NCBI RefSeq assembly: GCF_001194135.2
Contig: NC_068982.1
Span: 61,436,867-61,500,866, forward strand
DNA: 64,000 nucleotides
From: Octopus bimaculoides
Taxonomy: Eukaryota
Direction of reading: 5' to 3'
How positions within the stretch are numbered: position 1 is the first letter of the stretch; each line of letters opens with the position of its first letter. Positions 50,845 through 61,833 of this stretch are shown here, in pieces. A program made the translations under genes and the position numbers. Under the pieces are notes generated by a model. That model saw nothing but the letters and a program-made list of their open reading frames with translations. It did no database searches and was not told where the DNA came from.

Positions 50845-51446
50845 NNNNNNNNNNNNNNNNNNNNNNNNNNNNNNNNNNNNNNNNNNNNNNNNNNNNNNNN
50901 NNNNNNNNNNNNNNNNNNNNNNNNNNNNNNNNNNNNNNNNNNNNNNNNNNNNNNNNNNNNNNNNNNNNNNNNNNNNNNNNNNNNNNNNNNNNNNNNNNNN
51001 NNNNNNNNNNNNNNNNNNNNNNNNNNNNNNNNNNNNNNNNNNNNNNNNNNNNNNNNNNNNNNNNNNNNNNNNNNNNNNNNNNNNNNNNNNNNNNNNNNNN
51101 NNNNNNNNNNNNNNNNNNNNNNNNNNNNNNNNNNNNNNNNNNNNNNNNNNNNNNNNNNNNNNNNNNNNNNNNNNNNNNNNNNNNNNNNNNNNNNNNNNNN
51201 NNNNNNNNNNNNNNNNNNNNNNNNNNNNNNNNNNNNNNNNNNNNNNNNNNNNNNNNNNNNNNNNNNNNNNNNNNNNNNNNNNNNNNNNNNNNNNNNNNNN
51301 NNNNNNNNNNNNNNNTATATATATATACGACGGGCTTCTTTCAGTTTCTGTCTACCAAATCCACTCACAAGGCTTTAGTCGGCCCGAGGCTATAGTAGAA
51401 GACACTTGCCCAAGGTTCCACACAGTGGGAATGATCCCAGAACCAT
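50611..51446 (-). mobile_element. SINE family A copy spanning a gap at its internal microsatellite
   Basis: Tail half lies left of the gap and head half right of it. Confidence 0.9.
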
Positions 51447-51459
51447 ATCTTGACGTAAG

Positions 51460-52075
51460 TTGAAAAGTTGGACATAAGACGCATCAGACGTGGTGTGCAA
51501 GAGAGACAACTGTGGTGGTATGGTCATGTGACGCATATAGACAAAGACAATTGTCAAAAGAAGTGCCGATCTCTAATTGTGGAGAGAGCCTGTGATAGAG
51601 GTAGACCCAGGAAGGCATGGGACAGGGTGGTGAAGCATGATCTTTGAACTTTTGGCCTCACAGAGGCAATGACTAGTGACCAAGACCTTTGGCGATATGC
51701 TGTGCTTGAGAAGACCAATCAAGCCAAGTAAAATCGTAGTCATGGTCGATGCTGGTATCACATAACTGGCACCTGAGCCAGTGGCACGTAAAAAGCACTT
51801 GGCCTCACAGAGGTTAAGTGGCCGATGGCATGTGAAAAGCTCTTTTCAAGTGTTGGGCCTCATGGAGGCAATGACATATGACCAAGACCTTTGGCATTAT
51901 ATCGTGCTTGAGAAGACCCATCAAGCCAAGTAAAATCACAGTCGTGGCAGATACTGATGTCACATAAAGGCACCTATTAGACTCTCGGAGTGGTTAGCAT
52001 TAGGAAGGGCATCCAGCTGTAGAAACCATGCCAAATCAGACTTGAGTCTGGTACATCTCATACAGCATAGATATG
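51460..52075 (+). mobile_element. RTE LINE 3' end: ORF C-terminus plus 3' UTR
   Basis: EKLDIRRIRRGVQERQLWWYGHV...DRGRPRKAW.RVVKHDL...AMTSDQDLWRYAVLEKT, then a UTR matching the family C tail. Confidence 0.9.
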
Positions 52076-52163
52076 GTTTCATGTTGGTGGTCAGTAAAAC
52101 AGCATAAAACAATACGTATGAAAGTAAAAATAGATATTCAGCATACACACATGCACACACATA

Positions 52164-52498
52164 CCATATCTGATGGCCTATAAGACGCACGAGAGCATAG
52201 AATGCACTCAAGTCGAGGCTATACTTTTGTAAAATAAATTACCACTAAAATAATGTTTTAATTCCTCCACTTACCTACATAACTTTATGTTATTACCGGT
52301 ATTTATAAGCAATTTATTGCATCCACATTCAATATAAACATAACGTAGGAGATTTTTCACCAATAGATGACAGCACACGTTTTATAAACATATATACCAT
52401 AGTCGAATTTTAAGCCTACATTGAGTGCATTAGATGCAGGGGTTTTTTAAAGCCATTTTGGGGTAAAAAAAGTGTGTCTTATAGACCATCAGATACGT
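52164..52498. mobile_element. pogo-like MITE
   Basis: TA|ccatatctgatggcctataagacgcac...gtgtgtcttatagaccatcagatacg, an inverted repeat of about 27 bp. Confidence 0.8.
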
Positions 52499-52504
52499 TT
52501 TATA

Positions 52505-52925
52505 CAGGGTGCAGTGAATGAACTATCGTCTAAATAACACAAAAATGAAAATAATACTGACATCTCATTTTAACAGATATATTTACCAAAATTACATAAA
52601 AATATCTTGAAATACTAAAGAGTAAATTTATTCAATAAAATTGCCATTGGCTTCAATCACGGCCTCCAGACAACTTCAGAATCTCCTGCAACTCTTCTGG
52701 ACGGTTTCCTTGTTTAAGTTAGTGAATGCTGCCTTCAGTTCATCTTTGGTGTTACAAGGAGTTTTGTTGGTCTCTCACTCAACCGCACCCCACACATAAT
52801 AATCAAGTGGGTTGTAGTCTGGGGAGTTAGGTGACCAAATGTTAGGGGTGATGTGGTCACAGAAATTGTCTGACAGCTATGACTGGGTTCTCCTGCTTGT
52901 GTGGCATGATGCAGAGTTCTGTTGT
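52505..52925 (-). mobile_element. Second maT/DD37D 3' fragment with TIR
   Basis: DSASCHTSRRTQ...NIWSPNSPDYNPLDYYVWGAVE*ETNKTPCNTKDELKA...AVIEANG; TA|cagggtg terminus. Confidence 0.85.
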
Positions 52926-53760
52926 CAGAGTTCTTCCAGCAGCTACCCTCTTGACCCAGGGTAGCTACACGCTCAAAGCAACCACCCCCACTACAGACTT
53001 GGTCACCTAGGTAGCAAAAGCTATCAACTACTTCTAATTTTCCCCCTGGCATGTGATGGAATCTGTTTTTTTTACATCTTCAGTGTTATTGTTCCTGTGC
53101 ATCTGCCACCCACAAAAACTATCTACCTGGTTAACCTCCCTTTGATATTGCTGGACCTCTTATGTGTCCATAGCTTACTCCAGGTACATCATATGGAGTT
53201 TCTACCCATGCCTTTTCTACAGATCGAGCAGGGCCATCTACCTACTATGGTTTTTGCTACACTATCCCTAAGGCCCTTCAATTCTAGACATTGCTTCCAC
53301 ACCCTAAACTTTGTCTCTAGTTCTGGCAGTGACTCAGCTATTTGAGCAAGGTCATTAGCATAGAGGAGCTCCCAGGGGCCGCCTGTCTTGAATTCCTCTG
53401 TTATTGCCTGAAGGACTATAACAAATAAGAGAGGGCTGAGGACTGATCCTTGGTGAGCCCCTACTTCTACCCAGAATTCTTCACTATACTAATTGCCAAT
53501 CCTCACCTTACTGACAGCATCCCTGTACAGGGCTTGTACAGATCTTACCAACTGCTCCTCTTTATCCTCAGTTTCCATATTGACTATCAGATAAGGGAAC
53601 GGGGGACCCTGTCAAAGGCTTTCTCCAAGTCAACAAAAGCCAAGTACAGAGGGTTATCTTTAGCTAGATGTTTCTCCTGCAGTTACCTTATCAGAAATAT
53701 AGCATCAGTAGTGCTTCTGCTTGGCACAAAACCAATCTACATCTCATCTAGGCTAACTCT
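52925..53760 (-). mobile_element. RTE LINE RT fragments
   Basis: TTDAIFLI..LQEKHLAKDNPLYLAFVDLEKAFDRVP; AHQGSVLSPLLFVIVLQAITEEFKTG.PWELLYANDL; KLEVVDSFCYLGD. Confidence 0.92.
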
Positions 53761-54109
53761 CACCCTAATCTCATATGTATATATAGATGTAAAACTCTGT
53801 TTTTCTTTTCCCCGCCATTTTCATCTCAATCCTGAAGAAGGACTCAGCCTGAATTATTAAAATCTCCATAACTCACCACCATCATCATCCTTTTAATGTC
53901 CACTTTTCCATGCTTGCATAGATCAGACGAATCTAACTGAGGCAGATTTGTCTATGGCCTGATGCCCTTCCTGTGACCAACACTTACCTGTTTCCAAGCA
54001 AGCTAATGTTTCCCCATAGACGAACTTCCTTTCACAGAATATTGGAAATGAATGTCACTGCTTGTATGACAGTGACAATCATTTTACAACTACCATGTAA
54101 TGTCCAGAA

Positions 54110-54312
54110 AAGGAGACACAAACATGCACACACTCACATATACATGCATGCATACATACATACATACGATCAGCTTCTATCGGTTTCTGTCTACTAAATC
54201 CATCCAAAGGCTTTGATCAGCTTGGGGCTCTAGTAGAAGACACTTGGCCAAGACATTTGACCAAGCTCAGAACCATGTGTTTGGGAAGCAAACATCTTAA
54301 CATACAGCCACC
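54110..54312 (-). mobile_element. Older SINE family A 5' half
   Basis: Diverged head and CORE-like segment. Confidence 0.7.
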
Positions 54313-54936
54313 CCAGCGTCTACAGAATACAAGGTTAATAGACTTGAAAATTTTATTATAACCTTAAAAAATTATGCAGTATAAACATCTACAAACTTAT
54401 TTCATTTCAAGTCGCTATTTCTCTTGAAATCCATCAAATAAGTTTATGATTTGATAAAACGTTTGCATGCTGTTAGTTTCCTTTCATAATACTTATAGCA
54501 AACAATACAGTACAGTTAATGCTTAATTTAAGTTCGATATCTGCCAAAAAACAAAGAAAGAATTACAGAGTTGTAGAGGGAGGAATTATTAGGGAACATC
54601 TATTTAGTGCACAGACGCAGAAGAGAGAAGAAAAGAGAAGTGCATCTGGCGAATTTTGTCGGAGATGATTTTCAAGCCGGTTTTGGAAGGGAGAGAACTC
54701 GCACATTACATTATGTAATGAAAATAGAATCACAACATTATGTGCCGATGGCCGATGTAATAATTGTAAAGGAGATAGACAACAAACGTCTCAGAGAGCC
54801 GATAATTGTAATGAGTTGGTGATTTTTTGCCAGTCAACCAATGGCTTTCTTTTGCATGTTTGTAGTAGAAGTAATTCCAATATTATCTTTTATCTTGTTC
54901 CACTCATTAGACTGCGGCCATTCTGGGGCACCGCCT

Positions 54937-55149
54937 TTAACCCTTTTGATATCAACCTGCTTGAGACCACCCCTCGTTCTCTGAAGCAAACTTCCTGTTT
55001 TGAAGTATTCTAAATTAAAACCTATCAGAATTTCACGTTAATTTATGTTCCAAATTCCAGTTTAGTAACGAAAAAGTTATTTTAATAAATTCTTCATTAT
55101 ATTCAAATAAACAGAAACGATGGCAGAAATACGGTAACAAAAGGATTAA
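54937..55149. mobile_element. TTAA-MITE family E
   Basis: TTAA|cccttttgatatc...ggtaacaaaagga|TTAA. Confidence 0.85.
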
Positions 55150-57059
55150 GGGTCCCAGTACTTATTATTCAAAACCTGGAATATATTCTATCGCTGGATA
55201 ATGAGGACGTAAACAAACCAACACAGGTTTCAAGTGATGTTCATACATACACACACACACGGAGGAGGAAGTGGTGACTTCATACCTGTGAGCCAGAAGT
55301 TAGGCCAACTGATCAAACTTGAAGTACTTTCTGGTCTTTAGGAAGAAACCTAGAATATCCATATGTAGATTTGGCAATTCTTTGATAATGTAAAGTTATC
55401 GTGAAAAGTCAGGGGTTATAAAACTTTGTAGTAGTGTTGAGGATTTAAATGAGTAGTTCATAGATAAGGAGAGTATGCTATTCAGATTTAGGGTGGATGA
55501 CTATTTCCTAGGCATGTGTAATGATTGTCCTTGTGCTATTGGAAGACACTAGGTTATCGTATCCCAATTCAACGATTTTCTCGGTCTTTGTTCATGAAAA
55601 CAGAACGTTTAGGATGTATGTGTATGATGCATCTATGCCAACAATTAAACCGCATGGATAAAACCTTGAACAAAGCTGCATAGCAATGTCTACCTTGGAT
55701 GAATATGTACTGCAAATGAATCGACCAAATGTACATAAATGCTACATCAAAGGACACTAGGACACCTATCCAGCAGAAACTTGTGTCAGATTGAAATTTG
55801 ATAAGAATAATACTGTAATAAATAAATTTTGAAGATGTATAATTCTCCATTCTTTATGATGTCTTGACGTTATACTCTGCATGTTGTATGAAATCCAATG
55901 AAACAAATTCAGGAGTTATCAACCAAGTGAAGTATCAGTCAATTGTTTATTGTAAATGATTCTGTATGTTCTTTATCATTCGATGTAGTTAGCCAGATCT
56001 GGATTATATCAGAGTGGTAATAAGGTACCTGCACAGATTTTAAATCCTTATTCCTTAATGTTATATATGTGTGTGTGTATATATATATANNNNNNNNNNN
56101 NNNNNNNNNNNNNNNNNNNNNNNNNNNNNNNNNNNNNNNNNNNNNNNNNNNNNNNNNNNNNNNNNNNNNNNNNNNNNNNNNNNNNNNNNNNNNNNNNNNN
56201 NNNNNNNNNNNNNNNNNNNNNNNNNNNNNNNNNNNNNNNNNNNNNNNNNNNNNNNNNNNNNNNNNNNNNNNNNNNNNNNNNNNNNNNNNNNNNNNNNNNN
56301 NNNNNNNNNNNNNNNNNNNNNNNNNNNNNNNNNNNNNNNNNNNNNNNNNNNNNNNNNNNNNNNNNNNNNNNNNNNNNNNNNNNNNNNNNNNNNNNNNNNN
56401 NNNNNNNNNNNNNNNNNNNNNNNNNNNNNNNNNNNNNNNNNNNNNNNNNNNNNNNNNNNNNNNNNNNNNNNNNNNNNNNNNNNNNNNNNNNNNNNNNNNN
56501 NNNNNNNNNNNNNNNNNNNNNNNNNNNNNNNNNNNNNNNNNNNNNNNNNNNNNNNNNNNNNNNNNNNNNNNNNNNNNNNNNNNNNNNNNNNNNNNNNNNN
56601 NNNNNNNNNNNNNNNNNNNNNNNNNNNNNNNNNNNNNNNNNNNNNNNNNNNNNNNNNNNNNNNNNNNNNNNNNNNNNNNNNNNNNNNNNNNNNNNNNNNN
56701 NNNNNNNNNNNNNNNNNNNNNNNNNNNNNNNNNNNNNNNNNNNNNNNNNNNNNNNNNNNNNNNNNNNNNNNNNNNNNNNNNNNNNNNNNNNNNNNNNNNN
56801 NNNNNNNNNNNNNNNNNNNNNNNNNNNNNNNNNNNNNNNNNNNNNNNNNNNNNNNNNNNNNNNNNNNNNNNNNNNNNNNNNNNNNNNNNNNNNNNNNNNN
56901 NNNNNNNNNNNNNNNNNNNNNNNNNNNNNNNNNNNNNATATATATATATATATATATATAGGGTTCATATAATTTTCTCATTTCCTTATTAATTGCTACT
57001 CTCACATGTAACTTGAGAGTATGGTCTGACATATTTTCACCACCATCTTTCTTTTCTGA

Positions 57060-57345
57060 TTGGAGTAGCCATGTATCCCCCCTACAGCAAGACACCTATA
57101 TCTGTCTCTCAATCATGCTTTAACCTCTCATCACCTGGCATAAAGCCACCTCCCTCAATACTACTCCTCACTCAGTTGAGGTGCCTTATCTTGTGAGATT
57201 TATGGTGACCTCACTGGTGCTAATGCTAAGTAAATAGCACCTAGTACACTGTAAAGTGGTTGGCATTAGGACAGTTATAGAAACAAACATTGGAGCTTAG
57301 TGCAATCCTCTGTCTCACCAGCACCTGTGGAACCGTCCAATCTAT
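57060..57345 (+). mobile_element. Diverged RTE-tailed SINE-like repeat
   Basis: Matches 31120-31310 (ccatgta.c.cc.ctacagcaagacacct...). Confidence 0.65.
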
Positions 57346-57889
57346 GTATTACTGAACTTTCCCTCCTCCACACATAATGTTACATACACACTTTTTGCTT
57401 TACCAACTATACTTGTGCTTGTTGACTGGACTTGTCAGCTGCAAGGAATGGTTTATTTTTCTTGGAAGAATAAATTGACGATTTTGATGTTCATGGGAAC
57501 TTGCATGCCTCTTTTCTTTTTGGCCAGTTACACTTCTTCACTAGATGGTCAAATTCATTAATATTCTTCAGGTTGAAGGAGTTCAGAAAACAACAAATAA
57601 ATTTAAGAAAGTAGGGAAGAGAAATTCTCAACCAGAGTAACTGGAAGTATTATTACTGAGATCTTGATAAGAAAGATGAGTGATAGCAAGAGTGATGCTA
57701 CTTGTTAGAATAAAGTTGGGTATAGAAAATAGTTTGAGCAGCAGAGATTGATTAGAGATATAGAATAAGATTTGGGTCTCTGACAGAAATAGTGTGTGAT
57801 TTTTGTGTTAATAGGTGTGAGACTAGAAAACAGTTGGAGTAGTCTGAGCAGCAAAATACAAAAACAGGAATGAGACTGTACTGTCAACA

Positions 57890-58770
57890 GTCTTCACTAA
57901 ATATCAAGCCTGGTACACTGGATGAAGTGGAAACAGATGAGGAGCAGGATGTCACCTAGTGGACATCTTCAATCCACAGAGGATTGAGTTCTTGATCGAG
58001 GATCTTGATCTATGATGTCCTCCCCAGACCATCTAACCTATTTATAAGGGACACCCACAAGCAGAGCTTAAGCAGTTACTCCAAAGTACTAAGTAATAAG
58101 GATGCTATCACTGGTGATACCATCACGGAAGCAATTTCTAACAGGATCAGTAACGGTAAAAATATCAACACTACAGCCAGAATGATAGCCTTTGTTCTGG
58201 AGGAGAGAAGACAGCGAAAATACACAAAAATAGCAGCGAAGGATTACTTTCCACAGGTTGAAGGAAGCTGAACTGGAAAAACAACTAGAATTTCCAGCAC
58301 ATATCATCCAGATCCTGCTTAGACCATATATCATCTTGGTTTCTAAGACAACAATGTAACTAATCCTATTGGAGTTAACTGTGTCGTGGGAGGAGACGAT
58401 AGAAGAGGCACAGTAGAGAAAGAGAACCGTGTACCAGGAATTGGTAGAGGATTGTCGCAAGAATGAATGGAGAACATGGTGTTTGCCCGTGGAGGCTGGC
58501 AGTCGAGAATTCACAGGTTGAAAGGCCTATGGAAATCTTAGAGGAGGAAGCAAAAGAGCCATCAAGGGTAACGTAGAAGCTGCTGAGAAAGCACCCATAT
58601 GGCCTTGGCTAAAAAGAGGTAATTAGTCGGGATAGTAGAATGCGCTTGGACTAAGGTCTAGATTTGATCAACCTGGGCCCAGTCACTTGAATAAGGGTGT
58701 GTGTTGTAAGACCTGAGACACTCAGTGACTAGTATACAAACACTGACGATGTGTCCAAGCATGTTGAGCT
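57890..58770 (+). mobile_element. Hero-type LINE 3' end: RLE domain plus 3' UTR
   Basis: QRIEFLI...YDVLPRPSNL; LEKQLEFPAHIIQILLRPYIILVSK...LILLELTVSWEETIEEAQ*RKRTVYQELVEDCRKNEWRTWCLPVEAG.R.F...AAEKAP.W.WLKR; 3' UTR ending cactgacgatgtgtccaag. Confidence 0.85.
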
Positions 58771-59115
58771 ATTTACAGAATGATACGAATTTGTATAGTT
58801 TGAGAGAACAGAATTCTATGGTTAGGTGTTTTCGTTCTCATCCCAGAATATAACAGGAGATAATTTGTGATTAAATATAACAGCAGAGATACGATATGTG
58901 TATAACCAAGATGTTATACACAAGAAAACTAAGTAACATGAACGTCCGATGAACATGTGACAGTAGAAAATATAAACAAACTTCCCTTCTTAATTAAATC
59001 CACTCACTTTCATATATGCAATAAAATAATTGTTACAGAGAATTTCCACCCATACATAATTTAAACATAAATCAAAATAGAAATTAAATAAAAGTTAAGT
59101 TAGGGCTGAACTTAC

Positions 59116-59200
59116 CAGGTTTCAATGACACCGGAGGGTAAACTTGAAGTATATTAGCAACAGCACCGCCGGTGTAAATTCCGAGCGCGTAACCGCTTAA
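59116..59200 (-). other. Probable non-coding first exon of a - strand gene (TSS approximate)
   Basis: On the - strand gaaacctg|gtaagttcag is a consensus donor. The CpG-enriched unique segment has no ATG and sits next to the FASTKD 5' region. Confidence 0.55.
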
Positions 59201-59290
59201 AAAATAATCAACGAAATTATCTTTATTTTAATCATAAAAGAAATAAGCGTACACTTTTCTGGAAATTTCTCTGCTTGTTAGTTTGTGTGT
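59150..59290. promoter_or_regulatory. Probable compact bidirectional promoter
   Basis: Local CpG enrichment (ccgccggtg, ccgagcgcgtaaccg, aagcgtac) between a - strand donor (59115) and a candidate + strand donor gttagt (59277). Downstream sequence is T-rich on each sense strand. Confidence 0.5.
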
Positions 59291-59432
59291 TTGTGACAAA
59301 TAAGATATTTTGTGCTTTTGTTGCTTCTTGTGTTTTTTTTTCTATAATAGTTAATTGCTATTTAAAGATATATTATTAGAAATTTTATTCTTTTATTGCA
59401 GTATTATTATTATTATTGAACTCACACAGCCT

Positions 59433-59516
<84 letters not shown>

Positions 59517-59625
59517 CAATTATTTAGAAATCCCCTTCACTAAAGCTATCAAGGTTATGAGTGCAAGGGAGATAACTAATAAGTATTGTTGGTCAGATTT
59601 AAATCAACAAATCCATTTGCTAGCT

Positions 59626-60877
59626 ATGTCGTTCTGGCTTTCTTCTTCTGTCAAAAGAATTTTTTATAATCAGGTAAGAAAACAGAATCCAATATCTCTG
59701 TTCGAAATATGTAGTGCAAATACTATAATTCGTCCTAAATGTCCACGATTCAATGCTTCAAAAATACGCCTTTTATCCACCGTTCCCGGCTTCGAACTGT
59801 CTCAAAATTACACTAAAACATCGCGAAAAGTCTCAAGAAGACGGCCTGTCTCATTCAGTGTTGGTCATGGCATCTACAATTCCTTGTCACTTTCAGAACA
59901 TATTCGTCCTGTGGAAAATAAGGAATTTGATGGAAAACTGAAAAGCTCCAGCAATCTGTCTGCAAAGGACCTGCTTCAAAAGCTTCACTCGAGTAAAAAA
60001 TTGCCCTTGTATGAATTAAAAGAAATTGAACAAGCGATTGTAGGAAATTTTTCTGAATTGGAATTGAACGAAAAGTTTTTAGCAGCTCATTTATTTTTCT
60101 CGTGTTATTTTCGTTGTCCTAAGTATTTGAGTACATTATTTGAATACATCGACAACGAATTTGATCACGTTATTAATGAACCGAGCATATTAAAACTAAC
60201 CCTGTTCTATATATACTTTCATGGAAGTGGACCAGAAACTTTGTTACAAAAAATAGAAGACCACTTGTCTGGAATAGTCATGGATCTTAGTCCAGATGAA
60301 ATTGGCTTGGTCTGTTTGGGATATTTCCGTGCTAACCGAAGAATCTTTTCTTTTGACCTTCTCGATGAGTTTGCCGAAAGAACACTTGCACAGTTAGGAT
60401 CATTTAAACCTAATCACCTCATAAATGTGCTGAAGGCTTTCCGCCATGCTGGTTATTGTAAAGTAAGTTTTTTTGAAAGACTTGCCGACCAACTAATCTT
60501 GAATGATTTATTAAATGGGTTTTCTCTCAATCAAATCATGCATGTCGTGATGGCATTCGCTTCCACTAGAATCTACCATCCTGCTTTGATTCATCACTGT
60601 TTAGTAAGAGCCTTGGCTATAGTCAACGACAGGCCTTCAATTCGTTCCAAAGAAATAGGTAGAATCATATGGGCTGTGGGAACTTTAGGCATAACTGAGT
60701 CGGATATGACCATCGTTGAAACTCTTATAGATATTCATTCCCAAATTGAAGATCAAGGCAACAATGAATACCCAGAGTCTGTCTGTGACACTGTTATGGG
60801 TTCCATATTTCTTGGAATTTTTCCCCAAAATCTTATCAACTATCTAATGAAAGATGAAAATGTTGAATTATTGCAAG
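59626..60877 (+). CDS. FASTKD5: FAST kinase domain-containing mitochondrial protein, most like FASTKD5; first coding exon
   Basis: Long intact ORF. The N-terminus MSFWLSSSVKRIF...RLLST is Arg/Ser-rich and acid-poor, like a mitochondrial presequence. Helical repeats include DLSPDEIGLVCLGYFR, INVLKAFRH, RSKEIGRIIWAVGTL and YPESV...LGIFPQNLI. The exon ends CAAG|gtttgt (phase 1). Start ATG 59626 is preferred; 59557 is an in-frame alternative. Family confidence is higher than orthologue confidence. Confidence 0.75.
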
Positions 60878-61559
60878 GTTTGTTGTTTGTCATTTTTTAC
60901 TACATCATCATAATAATGAGCTTATTGTATACCAAAACAATAGTTAATTTGACTTTTTTGTAGTTGTTTGGAGAAAATTGTTTTTCAACCCAGTAGAGTT
61001 CATTTATTCTAGAGATAAATGCTTCAAGCACTTGGGGCTCTGGTAAAATTAAACGTTTCCTCAGTTAAAAATCTGGTATACAACATTATTATATTAGTTA
61101 GAAATATAATCTAGAATTCATTTGTCTAATAACTGTTTAGCTGGAGTGTTCCTATATGTCTCCAAATAATCCACTTAAAACTAGTTGCTTCTATTTATCT
61201 AATTGGAGAATTTGTGCTCAGGCTTTATGGAGAAAGTTACATGATCTAAGCTAAAATCTTACCATTCGTCTGACTGAAACTTCAGAAATGTAAGCTATAT
61301 TTTTAACCCTATAAAACTAATAGTTTTTGAAAGAATTAATTTTCTAAATTTTCAGTGTGATTCCACTCAACTTTATATCAAAATTACTGCATATTTATGA
61401 GGGGTTTTTTTTTCCTTCCTACTAATCAAATTACCTCATCTCATCTTTCATCTTTGAGGTTACTGTATCTGCTAGAAATCTCTCTTTCCCTTTGTCTTAA
61501 AATATATATAGGAAGGACATGCTGGGCACTCCCGCAGCAGAAGTTTTAAGACCAATCTT

Positions 61560-61833
61560 TCTGGTGATGTAAAAGCACTTGTGACAGTGCCACATAAAAG
61601 CGCCTGTGTGGCAACATGTAAAGGTGCCTGTGAGGCAACACATAAAGTGCCCATCCAGTGCCACGTAAAAGCACCCAGTAAATTCTGTAAAGTGGTTGGC
61701 ATTAGGAAGGGCATCTAGCCATAGAAACTATGCCAAATCAAACTGGAATCTGGTACAGCTCCCCAGCTTACCCCCTCTAGTTACACCAGTCAACCCATAC
61801 CAGCATGGACAATGGACGTTAAATGATGATGAT
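61560..61833 (+). mobile_element. RTE-derived 3' end (family C) in the FASTKD intron
   Basis: Iterated gtgccacrtaaaagc motif and a (GAT)n tail. Confidence 0.85.

Noticed and set aside
790-57095. Dozens of long ORFs made of X runs and YIYI/THTH/CVCV repeats
   Set aside because: They come from N gaps and dinucleotide microsatellites, which contain no stop codons; no coding evidence.
59416-59625. N-terminal extension of the 515-aa ORF (MNSHSLTYTHTH...)
   Set aside because: It runs through (CA)n(TA)n from a non-ATG start. The presequence-like segment begins at ATG 59626, so this is more likely UTR or intron.
60878-60963. C-terminal tail of the 515-aa ORF (GLLFVIFYYIII...)
   Set aside because: Read-through into an intron: the GT donor at 60878 splices in phase to 63004.
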